Notes under the pieces: model-generated | Told to the model about the DNA's origin: nothing | Seen by the model: only the letters and a program-made list of their open reading frames with translations | The model's database searches: none | Translations under genes and position numbers: made by a program | From: Candidatus Dadabacteria bacterium | GTDB taxonomy: Bacteria > Desulfobacterota_D > UBA1144 > Nemesobacterales > Nemesobacteraceae | Direction: 5' to 3' | Length of the DNA stretch: 64,000 bases | Assembly: GCA_026706695.1 (NCBI GenBank) | Contig: JAPOYE010000016.1 | Coordinates: 6,191 to 70,190, forward strand | Part shown: positions 37,927 to 47,620 of the stretch, piece by piece | Numbering within the stretch: position 1 is the stretch's first letter | How the letters are laid out: the number at the start of each line of letters is the position of its first letter

Positions 37927-38760
37927 CTAGGACTCGTCGCCGGCCAGGGCTTCTGACTCTTTGTCCCGCGATGCAACCTTCGCGGCCAGTTTCCAGGCGC
38001 AACGTCCGAGATCAAGGACAAAATAACAGTAAGTTATAACGACCGCGACCACCCCGGGATTGGTAATAAGCGCCGCAATTATGATGGAGCCCGCGACAAG
38101 AGTGCTGAAAGGTCCGAATCTGGCGATTCGCGGAAACTTCCTGTACGGAACCTCGCTGACCATGACAAGTCCCACAACAGGAATGAAGAAAAGATAAAAA
38201 GATTTCATAAGTGGCGAAGCAATGATCTGAAACTCGGAGAGAAGGAGTATCGGAGAGAGAATAAGTCCCGCGGCCATAGGACTCGGAAGACCCGTGAACA
38301 TGCGCTTTTCCTTGGTCGCAAACTGTACGTTAAAACGCGCAAGCCTGAGCGCTGCGCAGACCACGTAGAAAAGCATCGCCATCAGTCCCGGATTTCCATA
38401 TTCCGAAAGCCCCCAAACGTAAAGAAGCACTGCCGGGGCGACCCCGAACGATACAAGATCGCAGAGCGAATCATAGGACGCACCGAAGCGGCTCTCCGAG
38501 TTAAGAGCTCTTGCTATCCTGCCGTCAAGCATGTCGACAAGTACCGCCATGCCGATAAATCCCGCTGCCCACCAGAAACGGTTAAAAAGCCATTCCTCAG
38601 AAACTGCGGCTGAGGCACGGTCCCCGTGGATGGAAATCGAAGTCACTATGGACGCAAGTCCGAACGCAAGGCCCACGGTTGTGAGCATGCTTGGCAGCAG
38701 GGGGATGACTCTCCCCGGACGGGGAGACCTCCTTCTTCTTTTTTTTCTCAAGTTAGCCAC
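37927..38760 (-). CDS. pssA: CDP-diacylglycerol--serine O-phosphatidyltransferase (CDP-alcohol phosphatidyltransferase family)
   Basis: D-x2-DG-x2-AR...G-x3-D-x3-D motif (DMLDGRIARALN...GASYDSLCD). Lies immediately upstream of psd. Confidence 0.75.
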   Translation of the reverse strand: MANLRKKRRRRSPRPGRVIPLLPSMLTTVGLAFGLASIVTSISIHGDRASAAVSEEWLFNRFWWAAGFIGMAVLVDMLDGRIARALNSESRFGASYDSLCDLVSFGVAPAVLLYVWGLSEYGNPGLMAMLFYVVCAALRLARFNVQFATKEKRMFTGLPSPMAAGLILSPILLLSEFQIIASPLMKSFYLFFIPVVGLVMVSEVPYRKFPRIARFGPFSTLVAGSIIIAALITNPGVVAVVITYCYFVLDLGRCAWKLAAKVASRDKESEALAGDES

Positions 38761-39398
38761 GCTATAACCGTCCTGCCGGCCACGACTTTCTGCCCTACCT
38801 CAACACCCACCTTCACATCCTCGGGCAGGTAAATATCCAACCTTGAACCAAACTTTATAATCCCGAATTTTTCCCCGATTTCCAATACGTCGCCGAATTT
38901 CGCACGTGATACGATTCTTCTCGCGAGAAAACCAGCCACCTGGACTATAACCACCTGGACTCCGCCCTCGCACTCAATCAGGGTCGCGAGCCGCTCGTTG
39001 GCCTCGGATGAATCACCCCTAAAAGCCATTTTGAATTCCCCGGGGCAGTAAGTGGTTCCGACTACCTTGCCCGAAACGGGAAATCTGTTTATATGGCAGT
39101 CGAAAATAGAGAGAAAAATGCTTATTCTTCGGGTGTTCCGCTTGAGATAATCGTCTTCAAACGTCTCCGAGATGTCTATTATTTTCCCGTCTGCGGGACA
39201 GATCACGGAACCGGGTTCAAGCGGAGGAAGTTCCCTTTCAGGATCCCTGAAGAAAAAGACGAAAAAAGCGGTGAGCAGAAGAAATACTAAAGATAAAGAG
39301 AGAGAACCCAGAAGCGCGGAGAGAATACAAAGCGCGGCTGAAACGTAAATTATACCGAGCCCCTCGCTTGCGACCCTCACAAATCGGAAATTCATCAA
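38748..39398 (-). CDS. psd: Phosphatidylserine decarboxylase family protein (short form)
   Basis: 216 aa with an N-terminal TM and a proenzyme-type C-terminus. Operon context with pssA. Confidence 0.65.
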   Translation of the reverse strand: MMNFRFVRVASEGLGIIYVSAALCILSALLGSLSLSLVFLLLTAFFVFFFRDPERELPPLEPGSVICPADGKIIDISETFEDDYLKRNTRRISIFLSIFDCHINRFPVSGKVVGTTYCPGEFKMAFRGDSSEANERLATLIECEGGVQVVIVQVAGFLARRIVSRAKFGDVLEIGEKFGIIKFGSRLDIYLPEDVKVGVEVGQKVVAGRTVIAWLT

Positions 39399-40411
39399 TT
39401 CTTGTCTTTATCGACCAGTTTCTTCTGGAAAAGCGAGCTCATCATCCCCCTGAGCTCTGCGCCGACTTTTTCGATCGGATGCTCTTCACCCTGCCTGAGA
39501 AGCGCGTTATAGGAAGGCCTTCCAGCCTGATTCTCAAGTATCCATTCCGAGGCGAACTGTCCGGACTGAATCTCCCCGATTATCTTTTTCATCTCCTGTT
39601 TCACGGAGTCGTTTATAAGCCTCGGGCCCCTGGTTATGTCTCCGTACTTGGCCGTATCGCTCACCGAGTAGCGCATGTTGGCTATCCCGCCCTCGTATAT
39701 GAGGTCAACTATAAGCTTGACTTCGTGGCAGCACTCGAAATAAGCCATCTCGGGCGGATAACCGGCTTCAACAAGCGTCTCGTATCCCGCCAGGATAAGG
39801 GCCGTGAGCCCTCCGCACAGAACTGACTGTTCCCCGAAAAGATCGGTTTCCGTCTCGTCCTTGAAAGTCGTCTCTATAACTCCCGCCCTTGAACACCCGA
39901 TGGCTCTGGCGTAAGCAAGAGCGAGATCCTTGGCGTCGCCCGTCGGGTTCTGGTGAACGGCTACGAGTCCCGGCACACCGGCACCCCCGACATACTGGTC
40001 CCTTACCGTGTGGCCCGGGGCCTTGGGAGCGACCATGAACACGTCCACGCCCGCAGACGGTCTGATCTGTCCGTAGTGAATATTAAAACCGTGACTGAAC
40101 ATAAGCGCGTTTCCGGCAACTAGGTTCTTTTCGACATGCTCATGGTATATCGCCGGCTGGTAAGTGTCTGGAGCCAGCATAACCGCTATGTCCGCGGACT
40201 TGGAAGCGGCGGAAACCGACTTCACGTTAAAACCGGCCTCCTTGGCCTTTTTCCAGTTGGGACTGTCCTTAATGTCCGCGACCGTGACCGAGACTCCGCT
40301 TTCCCTCAGGTTCTGGGCATGGGCGTGACCCTGGCTTCCGTAGCCTATGATCGCAATCTTCTTTTTCTTAAGCTTGGACGGATCAATGTCATCATCGTAG
40401 TAAACTTTCAC
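39395..40411 (-). CDS. ilvC: Ketol-acid reductoisomerase
   Basis: [21 protein letters not shown] Rossmann motif, 338 aa. Confidence 0.95.
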   Translation of the reverse strand: MKVYYDDDIDPSKLKKKKIAIIGYGSQGHAHAQNLRESGVSVTVADIKDSPNWKKAKEAGFNVKSVSAASKSADIAVMLAPDTYQPAIYHEHVEKNLVAGNALMFSHGFNIHYGQIRPSAGVDVFMVAPKAPGHTVRDQYVGGAGVPGLVAVHQNPTGDAKDLALAYARAIGCSRAGVIETTFKDETETDLFGEQSVLCGGLTALILAGYETLVEAGYPPEMAYFECCHEVKLIVDLIYEGGIANMRYSVSDTAKYGDITRGPRLINDSVKQEMKKIIGEIQSGQFASEWILENQAGRPSYNALLRQGEEHPIEKVGAELRGMMSSLFQKKLVDKDKN

Positions 40412-40426
40412 CGGTTATATCCTCCT

Positions 40427-40921
40427 TTACTTGCTCTTCTTGTTCGCCCGGGACATGGCGACGGTTCCCGTTCTCGCGATTTCCTTTATCCCGAAAGGTC
40501 GTTGAAGTTCAACAAACGCCTGAATCTTCTGTTCATCCCCGGTAACCTCGAACGTGTAGGACCTTGGAGACACGTCGACGACCTTGGCCCGGAATATGTC
40601 GGCGATTCGCAGAATTTCCGGCTTGGAATCGGCCTTCGCGTCGACCTTGACGAGAATCATCTCTCTTTCCACGCGGTCAAGTTCTGTCATGTCGACAACC
40701 TTGATCACGTTGACCATGTTGTTGAACCTTTTGATTATCTGCTGAATTATGGCTTCATCGCCGGTTGTGACCAGAGTTATTCTGGACGTCCCCGGTTCCT
40801 GGGTTTCCGCGACGTTAAGACTCTCTATGTTAAAATCCCTGGCGCTGAAAAGCCCCGCGATTCTTGAGAGTACTCCGGCTTCATTGTCTACCGTTATGGA
40901 TATCGTGTGTCTCGATTTCAT
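40427..40921 (-). CDS. ilvN: Acetolactate synthase small (regulatory) subunit
   Basis: ACT-domain N-terminus HTISITVDNEAGVLSRIAGLFSARDFNIESL, 164 aa. Confidence 0.9.
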   Translation of the reverse strand: MKSRHTISITVDNEAGVLSRIAGLFSARDFNIESLNVAETQEPGTSRITLVTTGDEAIIQQIIKRFNNMVNVIKVVDMTELDRVEREMILVKVDAKADSKPEILRIADIFRAKVVDVSPRSYTFEVTGDEQKIQAFVELQRPFGIKEIARTGTVAMSRANKKSK

Positions 40922-41121
40922 GGAACCTCCAGAATGGTGAAAAAATTATAAAGATCGTGATTATACCGAATCTCCTGTAAATGTTAATATCCCGGTGATA
41001 AACCACCAAGATGATCTCACTCTAGATGAAACAATGGCTTTATAATATCGACAGAGGGTTTTAGCTGTGAAACAAAGTACCCGTTTAACAAGGAACACAA
41101 ACAGTGACTACCAACACCAAC

Positions 41122-41328
41122 TCATCCCACTGAATCGTTTAGATTTTGTTTCTGAATGATCGTTAATGAAGCCGTATCAGTATTCCATTCACTATACTGT
41201 TTGTGAACAACTTTAGTTTTTTCAGGCAGAAAAGGAGCAATTCTTTTTAAGATATCCTTATATTTCTTCTCAGCGTTGGACAGCTTTCTCAATTTTTCTC
41301 TTGGTATAATATTTTGCTTTTCTTTCAT
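41122..41328 (-). CDS. Small Lys-rich hypothetical protein in an AT-rich island
   Basis: 68 aa ORF (MKEKQNIIPREKLRKL...) whose ATG lies 2 nt after the stop of the preceding protease gene. GC is ~35%. Confidence 0.35.
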   Translation of the reverse strand: MKEKQNIIPREKLRKLSNAEKKYKDILKRIAPFLPEKTKVVHKQYSEWNTDTASLTIIQKQNLNDSVG

Positions 41329-41329
41329 T

Positions 41330-42220
41330 TTACACACCACCTGCCGCAACAAAAAAACTGGAGTTCTTGCTCTCAATCAGTTTTGATGTTGACGTAGTAG
41401 ATAACAGGTTGTTTATTCTATAGTACAACTCATAAATTTGGGACCACGTATCATCCTTAAGAGGTTTGATTTCAACATTTAAACCACATTTTTTTACTTC
41501 CTCCGCATAAATAGCACGCCCATGGGACTTAACTTTTTTCGGCGTAAGAAAATTCTTGATTTTCCTTCTTATTAACGCTTCACCCATACTGGACATCATA
41601 CCTGATTTTAGAGCTTGTATACTGATATCTTCTGACAAACCTAAAGCACTTCTGTGTTCTTCAATGTCGCGAGCGTCATAATTTTGCAATTGTTGCAAAT
41701 AGGGTTCTAAATTCCCTTCTTCTTGAATTGCACCACGGAATAAATCTTCATAGCTTTTAATCAAATTGTAGACCGAATAAACCTTTGTTGAATTGCCTTG
41801 AGTGAGTTGAATTTGCGGGTCTACCGGCCCCAGTTCTGATGTTGAATCCATTAAAATTTTGGATGACCCCAAACATATCATGGTTGCGGCAGATTTTGCT
41901 TTGCCTGCAACAATCGAAAGGTACTCGCCAGTACCACTATATTCTCTTAGTATCTGGATGATTCTTTCCGCGGCCAAAGCATAACCACCGGGGGAATTGA
42001 TGAATAATGCAACGCCTTTTTCCAGAGACATAGGGCGTAACAAGTCTTCAAGCATTATTGCGTCTCCGTCATCTATGAGCACATCATGAACGAAGCTTGT
42101 ACAATATGAAACAATCGGTCTGCCTAATTTTTCTTCGATGGAATTATAAAGTTCTCTGCGAGTAGCAATCCCTTGATTTTGTTCTTCCTTAACCTTAATA
42201 AAAGTTGTTTTGCCAGACAT
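41330..42220 (-). CDS. ClpP/crotonase-fold serine protease of the SDH (serine dehydrogenase proteinase)/SppA-like type
   Basis: INSPGGYALAAERI and GKAKSAATMICLGS motifs (Ser nucleophile in a GxxxSAAT context), 296 aa, no signal peptide, ~35% GC. Confidence 0.55.
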   Translation of the reverse strand: MSGKTTFIKVKEEQNQGIATRRELYNSIEEKLGRPIVSYCTSFVHDVLIDDGDAIMLEDLLRPMSLEKGVALFINSPGGYALAAERIIQILREYSGTGEYLSIVAGKAKSAATMICLGSSKILMDSTSELGPVDPQIQLTQGNSTKVYSVYNLIKSYEDLFRGAIQEEGNLEPYLQQLQNYDARDIEEHRSALGLSEDISIQALKSGMMSSMGEALIRRKIKNFLTPKKVKSHGRAIYAEEVKKCGLNVEIKPLKDDTWSQIYELYYRINNLLSTTSTSKLIESKNSSFFVAAGGV

Positions 42221-42257
42221 AGTTTGGAGAATAATAATGCTAAATGGTTAAAACACA

Positions 42258-42292
42258 ATAGAGAAAACGGGTCCACTTCTTATTGTCACCCG
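42258..42292 (-). terminator. Putative intrinsic terminator after grxD
   Basis: On the minus strand, AACGGGT-(15 nt)-ACCCGTT hairpin followed by a T-rich run. Confidence 0.35.
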
Positions 42293-42338
42293 TTAAGTGT
42301 AGTCCACCGTTATCTGAACAAAGCTAACCGCTCCCTTC

Positions 42339-42659
42339 TCAGTCTCCGGCGTCTCCCTTAAAAATTCCCTCCAGCTCCCCGTTTGCGTGCATTTCGGTAC
42401 ATATGTCGCATCCGCCTATGAAGCTTCCGTTAACGTAGAGTTGTGGAAGCGTCGGCCACTGGGAGTAGTCCTTTATCCCCTGGCGGATCTCCTGGTCCAG
42501 AAGGACATCGACGGTAGCATAATCCACACCGTAATAGTTAAGAATATTGACCACCTGCGCTGAGAAACCACACTTGGGGGCATCCTTTGACCCCTTCATG
42601 TAGAGAATAACGGGGTTCTGCGCTATCTGGCCCTCTATTTTTTTCTGTATATCCGACAT
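42339..42659 (-). CDS. grxD: Monothiol glutaredoxin (Grx4 family)
   Basis: CGFS active site (PKCGFSAQV), 106 aa. Confidence 0.9.
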   Translation of the reverse strand: MSDIQKKIEGQIAQNPVILYMKGSKDAPKCGFSAQVVNILNYYGVDYATVDVLLDQEIRQGIKDYSQWPTLPQLYVNGSFIGGCDICTEMHANGELEGIFKGDAGD

Positions 42660-42670
42660 TGCACCACTCC

Positions 42671-42910
42671 TTAGTTATTAAGCTTCTCCCACTGCTCAGG
42701 CGTGTAGGTCTTCATCGAGATTGCGTGTATCTCAGATTCCATGGCGTCTCCAAGAGCTGCATAGACAAGTTTGTGACGCTCAATCGGAGGCTTGCCCGTA
42801 AACCGCTCGGATACGATGACCGCCTGGAAATGCGTTCCGTCCCCCGTGACCTCAACAAATGAAGTCGGGATGCCCTGCTCTATCATTTCACGAATCCGCT
42901 GCGTTTCCAT
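42671..42910 (-). CDS. bolA: BolA family protein
   Basis: 79 aa BolA fold signature, upstream partner of grxD. Confidence 0.8.
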   Translation of the reverse strand: METQRIREMIEQGIPTSFVEVTGDGTHFQAVIVSERFTGKPPIERHKLVYAALGDAMESEIHAISMKTYTPEQWEKLNN

Positions 42911-43123
42911 TACAGCGGGGAATTATATACGCATACAACCACGTTTCCAAGGGAAAAAAGGAGCATGCTGATCTCAGTAGCAAGGGAATCCCACTCAAAT
43001 CGGCCGCTTGGAACTTACGCGATCACGCTTGCGGACTCAGTTCATAGCAAGAAAAGGATTCTTGAAAAAAATTCCCGGCCGTTTATTTTAAAATGTGCTT
43101 GGAAAAGGAGGTTCCGACGCGCC

Positions 43124-43498
43124 ATCATGAAGAGTTTCGGGGTGTCAAAGGAAAAGCAGACGGCACTTGAGCTTGAAATGAAGTGCCTCGGCATAAGGGA
43201 AGAGGATATTGAGGAAACCTTCACGAGATCTTCAGGGCCCGGCGGACAGAACGTAAACAAGCTCGCCACCTGCGTTCACCTGAGGCACCGGCCAAGCGGC
43301 ATCGCCGTAAAAATCTCAAGGGAACGCTCACAAGCACTTAACAGGTTCCTTGCGAGGAGGATTCTCGCCGGGAAAATCGCGACGCAGATTCACGGAGAGG
43401 ATTCTGTGGAAGCAAAAAAGGCTCAGAAAGCCAGAAAACAGAAGAAAAGAAGAAAGAGAAAGACGGCGAGAAAGCTTGCTGGAGAACCTCAGGAATAA
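43124..43498 (+). CDS. arfB: Peptidyl-tRNA hydrolase ArfB-like ribosome rescue factor (RF-1 GGQ domain)
   Basis: GGQ motif SSGPGGQNVNK and a basic C-terminal tail (KKAQKARKQKKRRKRKTARK). The start is placed at MKSFGVSKEK. Confidence 0.75.
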   Translation: MMKSFGVSKEKQTALELEMKCLGIREEDIEETFTRSSGPGGQNVNKLATCVHLRHRPSGIAVKISRERSQALNRFLARRILAGKIATQIHGEDSVEAKKAQKARKQKKRRKRKTARKLAGEPQE

Positions 43499-43511
43499 CC
43501 GGGAAGGATTT

Positions 43512-44066
43512 ATGAAAAAGGATCTTTTGCCGAAAAACAGAACTGAACCTCAAAAAACGAAAAACGCTTTCGCCGGAGTGAGGAGTGAACTGTCAGCACT
43601 GCTTATGGCTGCGGCACTGCTTCTGCTCCCGGGCGTCGGAGCGGCTCAAGCCGAAACGCTAGAGGGCAGACCTTACGTAACGGACGCCGACACGGTCAGG
43701 ATATCAGGAGAGAGAATCAGGCTTGAGGGTATTGACGCCCCCGAGACAAACCAGAGATGCAAGGACGCCTCCGGGAAAAGCTACCGCTGCGGTCTTGTCT
43801 CGACCTCGGCACTGAAAACCAGGATAGGAGGCGAGACAATCAGATGCGAAGGCACGCAGCGCGACCGTTACGGGCGTCTGCTCGGCATCTGTTATCTGGG
43901 CGACATTGACCTAAACGGCTGGCTTGTAAGAAACGGCTACGCGCTTGCCTACAGACGCTACTCGAAGCGTTATGTACCGCAGGAAATCCAGGCGCAGAAA
44001 GACAGTCTCGGGCTCTGGGCCGGTGAATTCATGCCTCCTTGGCAGTGGCGCAAGAATACGCGCTAA
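43512..44066 (+). CDS. Secreted thermonuclease (SNase-like)
   Basis: Signal peptide and SNase motifs (DGDTVRI-like ADTVRISGERIRLEGIDAPE, YGRLLG). Confidence 0.8.
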   Translation: MKKDLLPKNRTEPQKTKNAFAGVRSELSALLMAAALLLLPGVGAAQAETLEGRPYVTDADTVRISGERIRLEGIDAPETNQRCKDASGKSYRCGLVSTSALKTRIGGETIRCEGTQRDRYGRLLGICYLGDIDLNGWLVRNGYALAYRRYSKRYVPQEIQAQKDSLGLWAGEFMPPWQWRKNTR

Positions 44067-44130
44067 GCAACTGCCCATGGCAAATAGACAGGTTACGTAA
44101 AGCTTATCCCAAAGGCCGTCAGCTTAATCC

Positions 44131-44474
44131 TTACCGGAACTGTCGTAACTTCTCTTCTGTAAGCAAAACCTTGGCAGACTTGTCGATATGAGCTTTCAAG
44201 GGCGGATATTCCACCAGGTTGTAGCCCACAAGATCAACCTTGTAAGGAAGACTGCTTTCATGAAAACATGCCCACAGACGGTCAACCGTACGCTCCTCGA
44301 TATCGCCGTAAAGAACCATGTCTATATCAGAACAGCTTCGGTGAGACCCCGTTGCCCTTGAACCAAAGATTGATACACAAAGATTGATACAGACTCAACG
44401 GCGGGGGCAAACTCCGTTATGATGCTCCCGATCAGATTCACCTGTTTTTCACTCAGTCCATGGTCAGCCATCAT
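44131..44474 (-). pseudogene. MNT-type nucleotidyltransferase (HEPN-MNT antitoxin-like), disrupted by a 14-bp tandem duplication
   Basis: Two adjacent ORFs (72 and 62 aa). Removing one copy of CAAAGATTGATACA (44364-44391) restores a single frame reading ...SIFGSRATGSHRSCSDIDMVLYGD..., the GS-x10-DxD nucleotidyltransferase motif. Confidence 0.7.
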
Positions 44475-44895
44475 TAATCTCCATATAAGCCTCGGACAAT
44501 TTCTCGTACAGCCCGCCGATACAGTCAAGGTATCTTGCATGTATTTGCTCTATCACAGCTTCGAACTTTTTAAAATCATAGGTGCGACTCAGCTTGTTGT
44601 GCGCGTCAAGTGCGCTCATCCAGCCTTCTCCGCCTGATACTAAATTTCCCGCTATAGATTCCTTTAAGACTGCCCTGGGGGTGACTTGACCGAATACCAT
44701 GTTCTGACTCTCAAGATAGTCCTTCATCGTCTTCCAGGCAAGTTCAATACAGAGTTCAAACCGCTTGATCATGCCTTCTTTTGCGAGCTGGTCCAGTTCC
44801 CCGGCCTTGTCTCTCTCCACGGCCTCTCTCAGCAGAAAATAAGGCCGGCTGAAATTGTCGAACCTGTATTGCCATCTCTTTTTTTCAGAACTCAT
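44464..44895 (-). CDS. HEPN-domain protein (HI0074-type nucleotidyltransferase substrate-binding protein)
   Basis: ~143 aa KNTase-C/HEPN-like protein immediately upstream of, and overlapping, the MNT gene. Confidence 0.65.
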   Translation of the reverse strand: MSSEKKRWQYRFDNFSRPYFLLREAVERDKAGELDQLAKEGMIKRFELCIELAWKTMKDYLESQNMVFGQVTPRAVLKESIAGNLVSGGEGWMSALDAHNKLSRTYDFKKFEAVIEQIHARYLDCIGGLYEKLSEAYMEINDG

Positions 44896-45181
44896 GACAA
44901 ACCAACCCTCAAAGCGCAACTACGAGAAAACCTGAGCCGCCTGATGGGGCTTCCTGAAGCCAAGTAACCCATTTCTTCTACCATAAATTTTACCGATAGC
45001 GACAACGGATTAAAATCCTGAATCCCCGGGCAGAGCCCGCGAAAACAGCCGCAGCCCGTGGACCGGGAAATTCGTCGCGCCCTGAAGCTTGCGAAAAGGA
45101 AAATGGTCGACGAATACTTCCCCACACTGAGGTCAGCAGAGAAATGTTGAAAAACCGGGAGTTCGTGTCAATCTTACTTTC

Positions 45182-46462
45182 ATGGAAAACGAAACCGCAG
45201 ATTCCTCCGAGAAAAGCCGCGGACTCTCCGAAGACTGGGTGGTTTTCGGACCGGCCTTCGTCCTTATAGCCCTCGGGCTTGCTTTCCCCCATCTTTCTCT
45301 TCCCGAGTTTTCGTGGACTCCCGATTCCGCGGGCAAAGTTTTAAGCGCAGAGAACATCTCTCTTTCCCTTTCGCTGGGCGTGGCCTTCCTGCTTCTCTCA
45401 AGCGTCGGCGTCCGCCTGATTGGCGGATCGGTCACCCGCTACGCGGCGGGTTTCCCCATGGTATTTGCTCTCGCATGGGCATCCAAGCTCCTCGCCGGAA
45501 ACGCAGTGGCCAGGGAGTGGGGCGTAAGCTATGTCATCTTCGCCCTTTTCATCGGAATGCTAGTCGGCAATATTTTCCCCGACCGCTTCCGGGAGGCGGT
45601 CCGCACCGAGTACTACATCAAGATCGGGCTTATAATTCTGGGCTCCGGCATTCTGTTCGGCAAGATACTCTCTGCGGGGTTGGCGGGAATTCTGCAGGCC
45701 CTGCTAGTCGTCCTTGTCATCTGGTATGCCTGCTACTGGATCTGCAGGAAGTTCGCAGTGGATTCGGAGTTCGCCGCCATGCTCTCAACGGCCGTTTCCA
45801 TCTGCGGAGTCTCTGCCGCCATTGCGGCCTGCGGAGCCATAGGCGGAGACAGAAAGAAGCTCTCCTACGTAACATCTCTCGTCCTCATAGTAGCCGTCCC
45901 CATGATGCTGATCATGCCCTGGGCAATAGAACAGTTCCAGATTCCCGCGGTTATCGGAGGGGCATGGGTCGGAGGAACAATTGATACCACCGGAGCCGTG
46001 GTGGCTGCCGGGGAACTGGTGGGAGAGTCAGCGATGAACGCCGCCGTGGTAGTGAAGTTTTCGCAGAACGCCATGCTGGGTCTGGCGGCGTTTGCTCTTT
46101 CTCTCTGGTGGACGTTCCGCCAGGGCAAAGATGAAGGAATAAAGCCGTCGGTGGGGGTGATCTGGGAGCGCTTCCCGAAGTTCATTCTGGGTTTCATGGC
46201 GGCATCGCTTCTTTTTTCCTTCGCCATCGGAGACGATCTTGTTTCGCAGACCAAGGATCTTATGAAGGGACTTCGAGGCTGGTGGTTCGCCCTCGCATTT
46301 GTCTGTATAGGTCTTGAGACCCGTTTTTCCGCCCTGATAAGCATGGAAGAAGGCCGACCCGCCTGTGCGTTCCTCATAGCGCAGGGAATGAACGTCATCT
46401 GGACTCTGATCGTAGCATGGCTTCTTTTCGGCGGCTTTTTATTTCCCGCCCCCGTTCTGTAA
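45182..46462 (+). CDS. YeiH/UPF0324 family membrane protein (putative sulfate exporter family)
   Basis: 426 aa polytopic protein with the characteristic AVSICGVSAAIAA segment. Confidence 0.7.
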   Translation: MENETADSSEKSRGLSEDWVVFGPAFVLIALGLAFPHLSLPEFSWTPDSAGKVLSAENISLSLSLGVAFLLLSSVGVRLIGGSVTRYAAGFPMVFALAWASKLLAGNAVAREWGVSYVIFALFIGMLVGNIFPDRFREAVRTEYYIKIGLIILGSGILFGKILSAGLAGILQALLVVLVIWYACYWICRKFAVDSEFAAMLSTAVSICGVSAAIAACGAIGGDRKKLSYVTSLVLIVAVPMMLIMPWAIEQFQIPAVIGGAWVGGTIDTTGAVVAAGELVGESAMNAAVVVKFSQNAMLGLAAFALSLWWTFRQGKDEGIKPSVGVIWERFPKFILGFMAASLLFSFAIGDDLVSQTKDLMKGLRGWWFALAFVCIGLETRFSALISMEEGRPACAFLIAQGMNVIWTLIVAWLLFGGFLFPAPVL

Positions 46463-46604
46463 AGGCCCTTGATCGTGCCGAGCCCCCAAGACGTCCGCCA
46501 CTTGCCGGGTTCTCGGCGCCATTAAAAGCACAGCTCCCGTTATTGCCAAACCCGCAAAGCCAAGTACCTTAATTGCAGCAAGTATTCCAGAGGAGTTCTC
46601 AACA

Positions 46605-47600
46605 ATGAAAGCGATTATATATCACGAATTCGGAGAAACGGATGTTCTTAAGTACGAAGAGGTAAGCAAGCCGGAACTTGGACCGGGAGAAGTCCTTGTA
46701 GAGGTGAAATCCTCCTCTATAAACTTCGTTGACCTCAGGCTCAGAAGCGGAAAATCGCCCCGTCCGGTGCCCCTGCCGCATGTGGGGGGAGTGGACGCGG
46801 CGGGCATTGTCTGCGAGAAAAGCGATGACGTATCTGACGTGGAAACGGGCGATCGGGTAATGATCATGCCGGCCGTGCGATCGGAAAGAGGACTTGAGAT
46901 AGTCGGGGTCAATCTCCACGGAGGATTCGCTGAATACGTAAAGATACCTTCATCTAACGTGGTATCGATTCCCGAAGAACTCTCCTTTGACGATGCGGCG
47001 ACCCTTCCAACATGCTATGTCACCGCTTGGTACGGCTTCTGCGAAAGGGGGAATATCGCCAGGGGAGAAACGGTGCTTGTGCACGCGGCGGGAAGCGGAA
47101 CGGGAAGCGCCGCGATCCAGGTAGCCAAGCTTTTCGATTCCTTCGTGATAGCTACCGCGGGAAGCGACGAAAAACTTGAGAAGGCAGAAGAGATCGGAGC
47201 CGACGTCACCATAAACTATAACTCCTCGGATCTCGGAGAGGAGCTGAAGAAAATTACAAAAACGCATAAGATAAACATGATCTTCGATCCCGTGGGAGCT
47301 TCGGTGTGGAAAGAGAACACGCAGTATCTGGCCCCCGGGGGAAAACTTCTGCTGATCGGAGTTGCTGGAGGCGGCGCCACGGAAGCGGCCCTCGGACCGC
47401 TTATTATGAAAGATCTCTCCGTACTGGGAGTAACGGTGTTTAACGCCCGGGCGGAACACTTCGAGAAAGTCGCGCAGCTTGCCGAGGAAGGTGCCCTGAA
47501 ACCTTCGATACACAGCAGGTTTCACCTGAGCGAGGCGACGGCGGCGCAGAAAATTCTCGAAGACCGCCAGCAGTTCGGAAAAGTCATCCTGAACCCGTAA
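46605..47600 (+). CDS. Zn-dependent alcohol dehydrogenase/quinone oxidoreductase family (MDR superfamily)
   Basis: GroES-like N-domain and an NAD(P) Rossmann motif (AAGSGTGSAAIQ), 331 aa. Confidence 0.8.
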   Translation: MKAIIYHEFGETDVLKYEEVSKPELGPGEVLVEVKSSSINFVDLRLRSGKSPRPVPLPHVGGVDAAGIVCEKSDDVSDVETGDRVMIMPAVRSERGLEIVGVNLHGGFAEYVKIPSSNVVSIPEELSFDDAATLPTCYVTAWYGFCERGNIARGETVLVHAAGSGTGSAAIQVAKLFDSFVIATAGSDEKLEKAEEIGADVTINYNSSDLGEELKKITKTHKINMIFDPVGASVWKENTQYLAPGGKLLLIGVAGGGATEAALGPLIMKDLSVLGVTVFNARAEHFEKVAQLAEEGALKPSIHSRFHLSEATAAQKILEDRQQFGKVILNP

Positions 47601-47620
47601 GGAAAAGCCTGATTCCCAAG

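Noticed and set aside
43350-43511. 238-aa ORF (43350-44066) whose N-terminal 54 aa overlap the 3' end of arfB.
   Set aside because: The overlap encodes a low-complexity Arg/Lys read-through of the arfB tail in another frame. A proper signal-peptide start (MKKDLLPKN...) exists at 43512, giving a normal secreted SNase.
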